Source of the DNA: Narcine bancroftii
Lineage: Eukaryota
Length of the DNA: 64,000 nucleotides
Direction of reading: 5' to 3'
Assembly (NCBI RefSeq): GCF_036971445.1
Contig: NC_091472.1
Location: forward strand, 208,010,001 to 208,074,000
In this document: positions 51,685-64,000 of the stretch, one piece after another
How the letters are laid out: every line of letters begins with the position of its first letter
Position numbering within the stretch: the stretch's first letter is position 1
Made by a program: the position numbers and the translations under genes
Notes under the pieces: generated by a model
Told to the model about the DNA's origin: nothing
What the model saw: only the letters and a program-made list of their open reading frames with translations
Database searches by the model: none

Positions 51685-54600
51685 GGGTTGGGGGGAGGGA
51701 ACAAAATAGTACAGAGCAGTAAGGAGAAGGTTAGAATGCAAACAAAGAAAGTTTGTAGTAAGTATTTGAATATGGATGGGTAGGTGATAGAGAAGGGAAA
51801 TGCTCTGGAAGAAGATGAAGGGCAATTGGCAAGAAAAGTAAATAATGTTGTTATTAAAGAGGAGGGAAAACAGGGATTAAAAATTGGGAAATCTCTGAAA
51901 TTCATATATTTTAATGCCAGGAGTATTGTAAAAAAGGTGGATGAGCTGAAGGTGTGGATTGATACTTGGAAGTATGATGTGGTAGCGATTAGTGAGACAT
52001 GGTTGCAGGAGGGATGTGATTGGCAGCTGAGTATCCCTGGGTTTCGTTGTTTTAGGTGTGATAGAGTTGGAGGGGCAAGAGGAGGTGGGGTTGCATTGCT
52101 TGTCAGGGAAAATATTACAGCGGTGCCTAGGAAGGATAGATTAGAGGGCACATCCACGGAGGCTATTTGGGTGGAACTGAGGAGTAGGAAAGGAGAGGTT
52201 ACACTTGTAGGGGTGTATTATAGACCACCCGGAGGGGACCGAGACCTAGAGGAGCAAATCTGTAGGGAGATAGTAGATATTTGTGATAAGCACAGGGTTG
52301 TAATTATGGGAGATTTTAATTTTCCACATATAGATTGGGAAACACATTCTGTGAAAGGACTGGATGGGTTAGAGTTTGTGAAATGTGTGCAAGATAGTTT
52401 TTTACAACAATATGTAGAGGTGCCAACCAGAGAAGGAGCAGTGTTAGATCTACTGTTGGCAAATGGGATGGGTCAAGTGACGGAGGTTAGTGTTGGCAAG
52501 CACTTCGGGTCCAGTGATCATAATGCCATCAGCTTCAATGTCATTATGGAAAGAGAGAAGTCAGGGCCAAGGGTTGAGGTTTTTGATTGGGGAAAAGCTA
52601 GATTTGAGGAGAGGCGAAAGGACTTGCAGGGTGTGCATTGGGACAATTTGTTTTATGGGCAGGATGTAGTAGAGAGATGGAAGTCTTTTAAAGATCAGAT
52701 TTTGAGAGTGCAAAAGCTTTATGTTCCTGTTAGGTTAAAAGGAGGGGCAAAAGGTTTGAGAGAGGCGTGGTTTTCAAGGAATATTGGAAACTTGGTTCGA
52801 AGAAAAAGGGAGGCGTACATTAGATATAAGAAGCATGGAGTTAAGGAGATGTTTGAAAGATACATTGAATGTAAGTGGAATCTTAAGAGTGGAATTAGGA
52901 AAGCTAAAAGAAGGTACGAGAAAACTATGGCAAGCAGGGTGAAAACTAATCCAAAAGAGTTCTACAAATATGTTAATGGTAAGAGGAAAGCTAGAGACAA
53001 AATTGGTCCCTTATAAAATCAGAGCGGAAAACTGTGTGTGGAGCCTAGAGAAATGGGAGAGATATTGAACAGTTTCTTTTCTTCGGTATTCACTAAGGAG
53101 AAGGATATTGGGAGATGTGAGATAAAAAAAAGCAAATTGGGTAAATATGGGGAATATAGAGATTACAAAAGATGTAGTTTTAGGGCTTTTGAAGAATATA
53201 AAGGTGGATAAGTCTCCGGGACCAGACGGGATCTTCCCCAGGACATTGAGAGAAGTGAAGGAAGAAATAGCAGAGGCTCTGGCGGTAATTTTCCAAATGT
53301 CATTAGATATGGGGATAGGGCCGGAGGATTGGCGCATTGCGCATGTGGTTCCGTTATTTAAAAAGGGTTCAAGAAGGAAGCCTGGCAACTATCGGCCTGT
53401 AAGTTTGATGTCTGTGGTAGGTAAATTAATGGAGAAAATTCTTAGAGATAGTACTTATAAACATCTGGATAGACAGGGTCTGATCAGGAGCACTCAACAT
53501 GGATTTGTGGGAGGAAGGTCATGTTTGACCAATCTGATTGAATTTTTTGAAGAGGTGACTAGGAATGTGGATGAGGGTAGCGCAGTGGATGTGGTCTATA
53601 TGGACTTCAGTAAGGCCTTCGATAAGGTACCACATGGAAGGTTAGTTAAGAAGGTGCAGTCTTTAGGTATAAATTTTGAGATAGTCAAATGGATTGAACA
53701 TTGGCTGAAAGGGAGAGGCCAGAGAGTGGTAGTGGATAATTGTCTGTCAGGTTGGAGGCCGGAGACCAGTGGTGTGCCTCAAGGATCTGTATTGGGCCCA
53801 TTGTTGTTCGTTATATACATTAATGATCTAGATGATGGGGTGGTAAATTGGATTAGTAAATATGCAGACGATACTAAGATAGGTGGAATAGTGGATAATG
53901 AAGAAGGTTTTCAAGGATTGCAGAGGGATTTGGGCTGCTTAGAAAAGTGGGCTGAAAAATGGCAGATGGAATTTAATGCTGATAAGTGTGAGGTGCTTCA
54001 TTTTGGTAAGAAGAATCAGAACAGGACATACGTGGTAAATGGGAGAGCATTGATGAATACAGAAGAGCAGAAAGATTTAGGAGTAACGGTACATCGTTCC
54101 CTGAAGGTAGAAACTCACATGAATAGGGTGGTGAAGAAAGCTTTTAGTATGCTGGCCTTTATCAATCATTGCATGGAATATAGGAGTTGGGAGGTGATGT
54201 TGAGACTGTATAAGACTTTGGTGCGGCCTAATTTGGAGTTCTGTGTGCAGTTCTGGTCGCCTAATTATAGGAAGGATATAAACAGAGTGGAGAGAGTGCA
54301 GAGAAGGTTTACCAGAATGTTACCTGGGTTTAAGCATCTAGAGTATAGGGAGAGATTGGACAGATTAGGTCTTTATTCTTTGGAGTGTAGAAGGTTGAGA
54401 GGGGATTTGATAGAAGTATTTAAGATTATGAAAGGGATAGACAGAGTGGATGTGGATAGACTATTTCCGTTAAGAGGAAGAAAGATTAAAACAAGAGGAC
54501 ATGAGTTAAGAATTAAGGGGCAGAGGTTTAGAGGTAACATGAGGGGGAACTTCTTTACTCAGAGAGTGGTAGACGTGTGGAATGAGCTTCCGGGAGAAAT

Positions 54601-54785
54601 AGTGGCGGCGGAGTCAATTGTATTATTTAAGAAAAGGTTGGACAGGTATATGGATGAGAAGAAGATGGAGGGTTATGGGCATTGTGCAGGGAGGTGGGAC
54701 TAGAGAGGGGTGTTTGGTTCGGTGCGGACTAGGAGGGCCTAATGGCCTGTTTCCGTGCTGTAAATTGTTGTTATGTTATGTTATG
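51685..54785 (+). mobile_element. Young CR1 LINE (ORF2 nearly intact) nested in an older CR1 (~51290-55650)
   Basis: ORFs 51784..53016 (EN) and 53147..54703 (RT, YADD) are separated by one stop and one frameshift; (TTATG)n tail. Confidence 0.96.
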
Positions 54786-55786
54786 AGTTGAGTCCAGATA
54801 AATGTGAAGTGATACACTTTGGAAGATTATGGTTAATGGCAGGATTTTTGACAGTATGGTGGAACAGAAGGATCCTGGGGTCCACGTCCATAGATTCCTC
54901 ATGGTTGTTGTGTGATAGGGTGGTTAAGAAGGCATATGGTGTGCTGAGTTTCATTGGTTGGGGTATTGTTTTAAAGACCCGCAAGAACATGTTGCAGCTC
55001 TATAAAACACATTCGGAGTATCACAGGAAGATGCAGATGCTATACAGAGTGTACACAGGAAATATAGCAGAACGTTACCCTGATTGGAGAATGTGTCTTA
55101 TAAATAAGGTTGACAGAACTAGGACTTTTTTACTTGAAGCAATGAAGCTTAAGATGTGATGTGAGAAAGACACATGAGCTGACAAGCCAGTGCTGCCCAA
55201 TTATATGTGTACGTTTTGAAAAGTTGGGGGTAAGCGGAGCAACTGGAGGAAACCCATGCGGATATGGGAAGAACTTACAAACATCTTACAGACAGCACTA
55301 GATTAATTCCTGGGTTGCTTGTGATGAAACAGTGTTTTATTAACCGCTCCACTGCATGGATAGGGAGTACACACAGCACCCTTTTAATGGGGAGACAATA
55401 CCAGATACCAGTGGACATCTGTTTATGTGAGATGAGGAATGTTTCAGGGAGTTGTCTGAGGAAATATTTTATTTTAAACACAGAGATCGCTGGTTACTGG
55501 AATGCATTGCTGGAGGTTGTGGGGTCATTTAAAAGATGCTCACATGGAAGTAAGAAAAGCAGAGTTTTATGGGTGTGATGGGGAAGGATTAGAAGTTGGC
55601 ACAACATCGTGGAATGAAGGACCTACACTGTGCTGTAATGTTCTGTGATTGAACGTATTCATTTGTGGGGGGGGGGGGGGGTGAATGGGAGTTGTTACTC
55701 CACTGGACCATGAAAGGAATGGGCCAAGAGAAAGAGGAACCAGGCATGGGGGAGTAATGCTGTGTCAGGACAAGGGGTGAGCTCAG

Positions 55787-56065
55787 GGACAAACCGGCTC
55801 CACACACCAGGCCAAGGACAACCAGCTACACCCAGCGGGCCTGCGACAAACCAGCTCCACCCAGCGGGCATTCGACGAACCAGCTCCACCCAGCGGGCCT
55901 GCAACAAACCTGCTCCACTCAGCGGGCCTGCAACAAACCAGATCCACCCTGCAGGCCTGTGATGAACCTGCTCCACTCAGCGGGCCTGCGACAAACCAGA
56001 TCCACCCAGCGTGACTGCGGCAAAACAGATCCACCCAGTGCACCAGCGACGAACCGGCTCCACAG
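55787..56065. repeat. 29-bp minisatellite, paralogue of 1-270
   Basis: Same unit, more diverged copies. Confidence 0.92.
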
Positions 56066-57378
56066 AGCAGGACCATGCACAACTAGCTTGGAAGAGCAGC
56101 ATTGATTCAGCTGAATGGTCTGAGGGCGGGGAGGAAGGCAATTCTTGATCCTTTTTCTGTGGTGATGCAAACACACAGGACTGTAGCAATAACACTGTGG
56201 TTATGTGGGAAATTGGTGAACCATTTTGGGAAATGCCATGAGAGATGGGAAACAGTTTGTTGAAAGTGAAAAGGTGCAAATATCATCCCAAACCTTAACT
56301 CTAAACCAAATAGCCAAGCTCAGAGCTGATGGTCCAAGATAACACTCAAATGTTGTTACAGTTCTTGCCTCATCACATCCTCTGGCACCTCAATCCAGAC
56401 ACCGACTTCTCAGGATGTAAAATATTTACTGCACAGATCCCTTTCAAACTTCCTACCTCTCACCTTCAACCCATTCCCTCCAGTTTTACCCACACCCGCC
56501 ATGTGAAACAGATTCTGTCCATCAACCCTATCTGTGCCTCTCCTAATATTATGCCCCCAATCATGCCACCCCTTAGATTCCATCTCTCCAGGGAAACCAG
56601 GAAACAGCTGATCCAATCACTCCTTATAACTCAGGCTCTCCAATCCAGACACCATCTTGTGTATCTTTTCTGCCTACTGCCCACGATCATCACATCATTC
56701 TTCCAGTGTGACTACCTGAACTGCACATTACTCTCCAAGGGTGGATCAACCAGCATTTTCTACAAGTGAAACATCACAACCCAACTTCTTCACTCAAAGC
56801 CTTGGCTGATGAAGGCAAGCGTGGCATTCACTTTCTTCCCCACACTGTCTATCAATGCCATATCTTTTAGGGAACTGTATACATGAATCCTAAGGTCTCT
56901 GTTCCATAACACTCCTGCCCTGGTTTAACCTTCACAAATGCTTCAGTTCGCACTTATTTAAATTTTATTCCATCCACCTTACTCGTTGATCTGAATCCTG
57001 TTCAAACCTGACACTCCCTTCTTTACATTCCACTGTACCATTGATTGTGATGTCCTTTGCAAACATATTTATCCTGCCCGTTACATTCCCATGGAAATCA
57101 TTAATATATCTGACAAGCAACAAAGAACCCAACTCCATTCCATGCGGCACACCACTGGTTAAAGGCTCCAATCTGAAAAGAGAAGGTGTGTAAAATGGGG
57201 TCGAAGATGGGCAAGAGCGAAGATTTAAAAGGTCACAGGATTGGCAGAGGTTACCGAGAGACTGGGGGTGGGTTGGGGGTGGGGTAAAGCCAAAGTGGTG
57301 TTTGAACACGAGGATGAGAATGAAATTGCTAAAAGTGAGGCAGGAAGCCAGGAGAGTGAAGCATTGACAGTTACTTAC

Positions 57379-57546
57379 TGTTCACTGCCTGGTAGGCAGC
57401 AATAAAAGACACTGATGTCCACACTGCAGGAGCAGTAAAACCCACAAAACCCCACCAGTCAGGTCACACATCTGTGTGGCAATGGCAGAGAGCAAGGACC
57501 AGCTCATTTGATGCAATTGCCACCTTCTACATCTCTCCAGATTTAT
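57379..57546 (-). pseudogene. Candidate 168-nt exon of the unnamed gene, second copy
   Basis: Acceptor ...tttgcag, donor GTAAGT; two in-frame stops. Confidence 0.45.
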
Positions 57547-58502
57547 CTGCAAACCAAAAGAGAAGCCAATTAGATTGCCACTCATCCTTCGAAACCCCAG
57601 TAGTCCTGAACAATCCATCTCATCAGTTCACACCTTAACCTCAAGCTCCAATTTTTAGATGCAAAGAAAACAATGCTGCAGAACCTGGAAATCTGAAATA
57701 AAGACACAAACTGCTGCAAGTCCTTGACAGCTGAGACAGAGCTTGTGGAGAAGGAAACAGAACTGACACACAGATCTGCTTCTCAATTTAAAATTTTTTA
57801 AAAATTAGGCATTTTGGTGCTCAAGCCTGTGACGCTCAATGACACCCAATTGACCTACACCCCCTGTACTTTTTCAAGAGTGCAAGGAAACTGGAGACCC
57901 TGGGTAAAACCAATGTACATACAGCGAAAACCTACAAACTCCTTAGAGACAATGCAGAATTCGAAAACTGATCCCGATCATTTGCGCTGTAACAGTGTTG
58001 TCCATGCTACCGATATATATTTCGTGACCTGCCAACTATTTTATTTCCCAGATATCCCTTTTTGTTCATGATTTGAGCTCCTGTGGCTAGTCTGAGAATC
58101 ACCAAATGGCAGGAACAGTTTCCCTGCATCAACCCGTTCGGTTCAGCTCGAGTCATGTCAATGCAACTCCTTCCCAGTCCAAAGGATCTGATCCCACAAT
58201 GTGAAACATACACCATGCCCTACATTCTCAGGCCAGAAACTGGGACCAGAGCCAACCCTCTAATTCCAGGACAGCTGTGGCCCAATTAATGTTTGATCAA
58301 CATCCCAGAACCACACTGCTCTTTTCTTTTCTGCCCTTTAATGAAGTCAAGGATCTATTTATCCCACTCAGTCTCTACTCATAGTCATAAAGTTACAGAG
58401 ACAGGAAGCCCCAAAATGGCTCCTGTGTCCAAAGTCTTTTTCAACCAAGGTGCCTGTCTGAGCCTGTCCCCTTAGTCTGTGTCACATCCTACCCTTCCAA
58501 AC

Positions 58503-58760
58503 CTATGCAATTCAGGAATTTGTCTAAATTTCATTTCATGTGTATATATGTACCTGCCTTTATATTTTTGATATGAAAGTTCTTTCCATATCCACACCAT
58601 CCTCCATGTGTACAAATTGCCCGAAATATGCGACATGACATCTTTTCTTCCTACTCCCCAATACAGGGAAAAATGCTCCAAGGTCATCATCAACCTCCAA
58701 CCCTTCAGAGAGAAACGTGCGTGCAAATTTTATTGCAACTAAAACCATCCCAGTGACATC
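58503..58760 (-). pseudogene. Candidate exon 2 of the unnamed gene, second copy (1-nt frameshift ~58565)
   Basis: ttttcaccag|GATGTC gives DVTGMVLVAIKFARTFLSEGLEVDDDLGAFFPVLGSRKKR..EDGVDME; phase 0, matching exon 1. Confidence 0.45.
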
Positions 58761-59193
58761 CTGGTGAAAATTTTCACATCCTGTCCAACTTCACAACATT
58801 AAAATATGCACTTTCAACAATCTAACCCTTCTTGCTGCCTGTCCAGACAATGGAACCACTTTGATTTAACTTCCACGTTCCCCTCACTCCCTGCCAGACT
58901 CCCTGCAAATCTCCCAAACGATGCATTGGTTCGCCCCCCCCCCCCCCCCCCCCCCATCCTCAGGTGTAAACAGTCCATCTTGTACCAATCCCACCAAGGT
59001 AACCCAGTTTAAAAACTAATCACTGAGGATTCGTGACCCAGGCCCCAAGGATGCAAAACACCAACTGGATTCCCCCGCCATAAGAGCCTGTCTGTGCTCC
59101 TAACCAGAGGACACCCCACCCCCACCCCCAATCGGGGTTGACAGCCACTGTTGGTGATGGAGCCACTGACCCAGATGATGTTGCTGCTGCTAC

Positions 59194-59981
59194 TGTTGGA
59201 CTCTGGCTTTAATTTATTTACTCTTAATTTAGTCTATGTGTGAACTGAGTCCAGCGCGTTCGTTGAATGAAGTGATAGGAGAAGGTATTCGGTTCAACAG
59301 TCAGTTTATTACACCACACAGCACAGCACAGCACAAGAATAAAACTTAACAGAGCTCTGGGTCAGTCTGTTAGTTCATAGGTCACCTGCCAGTGAGCTAC
59401 TCCCCGAGACTGACCCCTATTGTCCAGTTGGCACAGTTTATATAGGTCAATCTTATCACACAGAACAAAAGTTGTTTTCCCTGCTAGATCTTTTTGCATA
59501 AGGGTTATCACAAGTCATCTCCTGTTTTGCAGATTTCTGGGGTGTAGCCTTCCCATGTTAATCCTCCAGGCCAGACTATCCTGTTGTTTAGATCTGAAAT
59601 TAATTCATCCCCAGATATTTCTAATCACCATTCGGTCCCTGTCTGGCCAATTTCTGCTGTTCTCTTTAACACCTCCTCGTGCCTTAATCTTCCTCCTAGA
59701 CTGGTTTTCCATTCCCTTTGATTCTTGCGGGCCATTCTTTGTTCTGATCTGGCCTGTGTCTCCTGTGCTACTTCCCACCTCCTTCAGTTGAGCATTCCTC
59801 CTAAATCGTTTTATGCATATCCTCTCCCTGTATCTTGGGAGCAGCCAATTTTGTTCAGCCAACTTTGCTCCATGCTGTGACAGCCACTTAGCCACATTCC
59901 TCTTTCCCTGACTCATGCAGTACAAATAAACTTATTGATTAATCCTTTATTTCATAATGTTTTAACCCCTAGATTCCAACA
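59194..59981 (-). mobile_element. Solo LTR of a different family
   Basis: TGTTGGA...TCCAACA inverted ends, TSD CTAC, minus-strand TATA and AATAAA; absent at the paralogous site ~4931. Confidence 0.9.
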
Positions 59982-60262
59982 CTACCCCTGAGAAGGGATG
60001 CCCGCAAATGGATGACCGAGTCTGAGAGGGGGGCGGTGACAGGGGCCTCCTGTCCATACGGCGCTCACCCACTAAGCAGGACAACCAGCTGGCACATGTG
60101 GTGGGCCGCCCTCCCTGAATCCCCTGCCTGCTCCGTGTCCACCTGCTGCTCCCGAGGGGATTGAGAAGGACACTTCCAGCTGACGGGCTCCGTGTGACAG
60201 GAGGCGCTGGCCCTCCACTGACTCGCTCCCATCAACTGTGGGGGGTCGAGGGGGCCCCGGAC

Positions 60263-60436
60263 CTTAGCCTGGACTTGGTGCCGTTCGTCCTTTTTGCCGA
60301 GGCCGCTTTTCACCAGAAAGCGTAGAAACATTTCCGCCACGGGCTCCTCTGACTCCAGCGTCTCGGGGGAGCCCGCCGAGCGCATGGAGCCGCGCCGCAA
60401 GGGCCAAATCCCTCCGCAGGCTGCGGCTTCTTTCAT
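60263..60436 (-). CDS. Candidate first coding exon of the unnamed gene, second copy
   Basis: Same peptide and donor as 5271-5444; CRE at 60492-60499. Confidence 0.45.
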
Positions 60437-61699
60437 GGGTCACACGCCCGTGGCCGAGGGAACGGCGCCCAGGGCCGCAACGGGCCCTCTATGACGTCAG
60501 CGCGCACTCGCCCGGCTCGGCGGCAGTCCCTGCTCACAGGGACTTCACAGAAACTGTTCCACATTGGATGTAGAACAGAGGAAGAGAAGAGAACGGTTCA
60601 CCAGGGAACAGGATGAACAAAGCAGCGAAGAAGGAGTAAAATAAATGACCGAGAAAATGGGGGAGAGATAAAGCTGGCCAGAAATATGGAAAATAGACCG
60701 TCACAGTTTCTCTTTCAATGTTTGAAAGGAAAGTTCGGAAGCCAGAGGGGGAGAGAGCAGTTGAGAAAGACGTGTTTACAATCATCCTGATCAAATGCTG
60801 GTTCCGTCGCAGCTGGAAGTCTGTGTACAGTAGAGTTCAGCACTCTGGACGAAGGACATGACTGCAATGGACTGCAGGAGGTTTGCCAGATTTCGCCTGG
60901 AAGGGATGTAATAAATGATGGGGAGAGATTGGATGGGCCCAGGTGTAGTTTGATGAAGACAGCAGAAGAGCTCATAGTTTTGGACGAAACTTATCAGCTG
61001 GATAAATGGACTTTCATCAAGCAAAGAGTGAGTAGGAGACATTGGCCGAGTGTCATGAGTGGTGTGTCAGGGGGAATCAGTAAATCAAAGTGACTTGGTT
61101 ATATTTAACTTGGACGGGGCCTTGGTGTACGGAGTAATTACCTGTTTTATTAGAAAATTATTTAAGAAAGAGATGAGGCGGATCAGAATCTAGGGTTGAG
61201 TGACCGTGAGGGGCGCCGGCCCCGGAGAGTTATTATAGACAGAGTTGAGAAACGACAAGTCACTCCGAGAATCCGCAGCACATGTGGAGCAGAGGGGTAA
61301 ACCTGTCCTGGAGACTGCAGCTGTCAACGTTTGGTGCTATGAATGTGCAGATGGGAATATGGTGTCAGGGAGAGTGTGTTCAAGGGGCGGTGCCTAAGAC
61401 CGAAGTCAGTGTGTTTGTGGGTCTGAACACATCGCCCGAATTGTCAGCCACTCCTGTGGACTACGAAAATAAAATCTCCATCACGGGATAGCGCCGGCCC
61501 CCGCCTCTGTCCTGAAGAAGGAATGAACCACAAAGTTTACTTTGGTTTTAATTTTTCTGTCGAAAAGCAGCGAACATGTTCAATGAATGCGATCAGTGCA
61601 GCAATGAAACGGGTTTAAATGGCGAGCGCTTACTTTGAATCGAATCTCACTGCGTTTCCAGCAAAGATGCCGGCCTCAGAAATGGACTGGGGTCTGTCT

Positions 61700-61830
61700 G
61701 GGGCTCCCGTGTTTCCGACTTTTATTAGATTCGGAGAAATTTGGAAGTGGAAGAAACACAGACGGTGGAGGGGCCGGGAGCTGACAGCGAGATGTCTCCA
61801 CCCCGTCCGCTCACTGCCTTTAAGTTGCTC
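61700..61830 (+). promoter_or_regulatory. H1 promoter with H1-box AAACACA (61754-61760), GC-rich element and weak TATA (TTTAAG)
   Basis: AAACACA is the H1-specific element; position ~140 bp upstream of the ATG. Confidence 0.7.
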
Positions 61831-61899
61831 TGTGCCGCCGCCTCTCGCTTCATTTCTCACTCAGTTTTCAGCAGCAGAGATCGTTTGAGATTGACCGAC

Positions 61900-62592
61900 A
61901 TGACGGAGACCGCAGACGCCGAGGCAGCTCCTCCTACCGTCCCCGCCGCCCAAACTAAGGCTCCCAAGAAGAAGAAGGTGAGCGCTAGCTCCAACAAAGG
62001 TTGTCCCAAACTGGGTGATCAGATCATCAAAACTGTGGCGGATTGCCGTGATCGGAAAGGGATGTCCGTAATTGCCATGAAGAAGGCTCTGTCCGCCCAT
62101 GGAGTCGATGTGAAGCAATTGGACAAGCGCATCAAGATGAGCATCAAGATGAAATTGAAGAGTGGCGCCCTGGTTCAGGACAGTCATGCGGGTTTGGCGG
62201 GCCGCTTTAAGGTCCCGAAGAAAGAAGGAACCGTGAAACTGGCAAAGAAAGCGAAGAAATCAGCGGCCACGGTATCGAAGCAAAGGAAGACCGTGATGAA
62301 GAGATCTTCACCCAAAAAAGCAGTGAGCAAGAAATCTGTCTCGAAGAAATCAACGCCCAAGAAATTTTCCGCTAAGAAACAAGGGGCTAAGGCAGCAGCG
62401 ACTAAAAGGACGGCGCCTAAGAAGGCTGCTCCGAAGAAGCCAGCGGCCAAGAAGGCGGCTCCGAAGAAGCCAGCGGCCAAGAAGGCGGCTCCGAAGAAGC
62501 CAGCGGCCAAGAAGGCCTCAGTCACCAAAGGAAAGGCGACGAAAAAAGTTGCCCAGCGGAAATCAAAACCCAAAACAGCGAACAAGAAGTGA
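61900..62592 (+). CDS. H1: Linker histone H1, divergent, 230 aa (copy B)
   Basis: Same features as copy A; open frame with stem-loop. Confidence 0.95.
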   Translation: MTETADAEAAPPTVPAAQTKAPKKKKVSASSNKGCPKLGDQIIKTVADCRDRKGMSVIAMKKALSAHGVDVKQLDKRIKMSIKMKLKSGALVQDSHAGLAGRFKVPKKEGTVKLAKKAKKSAATVSKQRKTVMKRSSPKKAVSKKSVSKKSTPKKFSAKKQGAKAAATKRTAPKKAAPKKPAAKKAAPKKPAAKKAAPKKPAAKKASVTKGKATKKVAQRKSKPKTANKK

Positions 62593-62628
62593 ATTCAAAA
62601 GCACAACTCGTAAAGTACTGACCCCAAC

Positions 62629-62644
62629 GGCTCTTCTCAGAGCC
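62629..62644 (+). terminator. Histone stem-loop of H1 copy B
   Basis: GGCTCTTCTCAGAGCC followed by ACCTA. Confidence 0.95.
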
Positions 62645-63329
62645 ACCTACATTTCAGTGAAGCGCTGAACCCAATCATGTGTTTCTTAACCTGAGAACGA
62701 ACTCGCATTGAGGTTGGGGGGGGGGGGGGGTAGTTGGGGATAATTTCCTTTAAACTCCGCGATCCCCAGTAAAATTCGCTTTAGCCACGTCCGGATCAGA
62801 TTCCGGGGGAGAGAGTTAGTGAGAGGGGGACACGCGTGGAGAATCCCCCCTGCACAACAGTCAAAATCTCTCCCCGGTGAAGCAGTAGAGGCCACCTCCT
62901 TCAATCTGTTTGAGACACGGGCAAATATATTTTATTTAAAAGAGGGGAATTAAAGGTTGTGGAGAACAAGAGGTTGAATGGAGTTGAGGCCACGTCCAGG
63001 TCAGCTCTGATCTCATTGGACGGCGACAGGCCGGATGGCCGACTTCAGCTCCTCAGTCCCATGATCTGGTGATCCTTCACTTCCAAAGAAATAAAGAGCG
63101 TGTCTGCTGAGCCTTGACCCTGTTTCGGTTCTGCTGCCGATAAACGGTAGGCAATTGGCGGCAGCACGTCCCGGGGCGGAGCTGGAAGATGTGAGGACTC
63201 TCTCCGCTCTGCCGTCACTTTGACCCCGTCTCGTCCCCTCCCCTTCACTCTGCACGTTTCTCGGGCAAGTCTGCGCTGTGTCGGACAGCAGCAGCGGTTC
63301 TGTCACTGAGCAGCGACTTGAGCGGCATC

Positions 63330-63645
63330 ATGTCTGGCAAAGGCGGAGACAAGCGGCACTGTAAAGTGCATCACCAAGCCCGCCATCCACCGCCTGGCTC
63401 GGCGTGGCGGGGTCAAGCGGATGTCGGGGCTGATCTACGAGGAGACCCGCGGGGTGCTGAAGGTTTTCCTGGAGAATGTGATCAGGGTTGGGGTCACCTA
63501 CACCGAGCACGCCAAGCGCAAGACCGTCATCGCCATGTTATGTGGTGTACGGTCTGAAACGCAAGGACCGCACTCACTATGGTTTCGGCGGCTGAAGAAC
63601 TCCGTGCATTCTCCCCGCAAGCAAACAAAGGCTCTTGTAAGAGCC
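63330..63645 (+). pseudogene. H4: Histone H4 pseudogene (stem-loop 63630-63645)
   Basis: N-terminal deletions, [31 protein letters not shown], and the same +1 frameshift as the 32.5-kb copy. Confidence 0.93.
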
Positions 63646-64000
63646 GCTCATCGGCTCACAGAGAAAGCTGTGTCCCGGCAGCGGAACGAGCTTGGCAACG
63701 AGACCTTATTCATTGTGCCCACAGCGTGCATTTCCACGCCATCCGATCAACAGCTGATCAGAGGTGATCAATGAGGAAAGGGGAGGTTCGCCCAACAGCC
63801 ATCGGAGATTCAAGAAAGGGCTGATCGACAGCCCATGGCGTTCCTCCAACCCATTTCGCCTCCTTTTCCCCCGCATAACACGTTATTAATGAACGGACAA
63901 GGTTTGTTAATTGATCAGGAGGTTTTCCCTCATTTCAGGGGGAATAATTTCTTTGCAAATTCCCCGACCCCACTGTTTCGGGGCCAGTTCGGAAATTGGC

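Noticed and set aside
63421-63774. H4-derived ORF with a novel C-terminus, shared with 32210..32752
   Set aside because: Product of the shared frameshift; it runs through the stem-loop cleavage site, and starts and ends differ between copies.

Overview
Eukaryotic, repeat-rich vertebrate DNA; the TE repertoire (HE1/V-SINE-like SINEs, CR1, RTE, L1, Penelope remnants) points to an elasmobranch (inference). The window is a segmentally duplicated, partly inverted replication-dependent histone region. It holds one intact H3.2, two intact but strongly divergent H1 genes in opposite orientation, two H4 pseudogenes and two H2A 3' fragments, all with histone stem-loops. Layered on this are a full-length L1 with TSD, an older L1 with a nested RTE, two long CR1 copies, a tRNA-Pro-primed gamma/epsilon-like provirus with solo LTRs, a second ERV remnant and a Gypsy fragment. 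The best leads are four. (1) An unnamed multi-exon gene behind a CRE-containing CpG island, present twice, whose reconstructed peptide has a GS...DxD motif reminiscent of Mab-21/cGAS-like nucleotidyltransferases. (2) A 2H phosphodiesterase (CNPase-like) remnant between protease and RT of the first ERV. (3) The atypical H1 pair with an apparent homogenised tract. (4) An antisense copy of the LTR TATA/hairpin segment inside the provirus. All alignments were done by eye, so TE boundaries are approximate unless a TSD is quoted.
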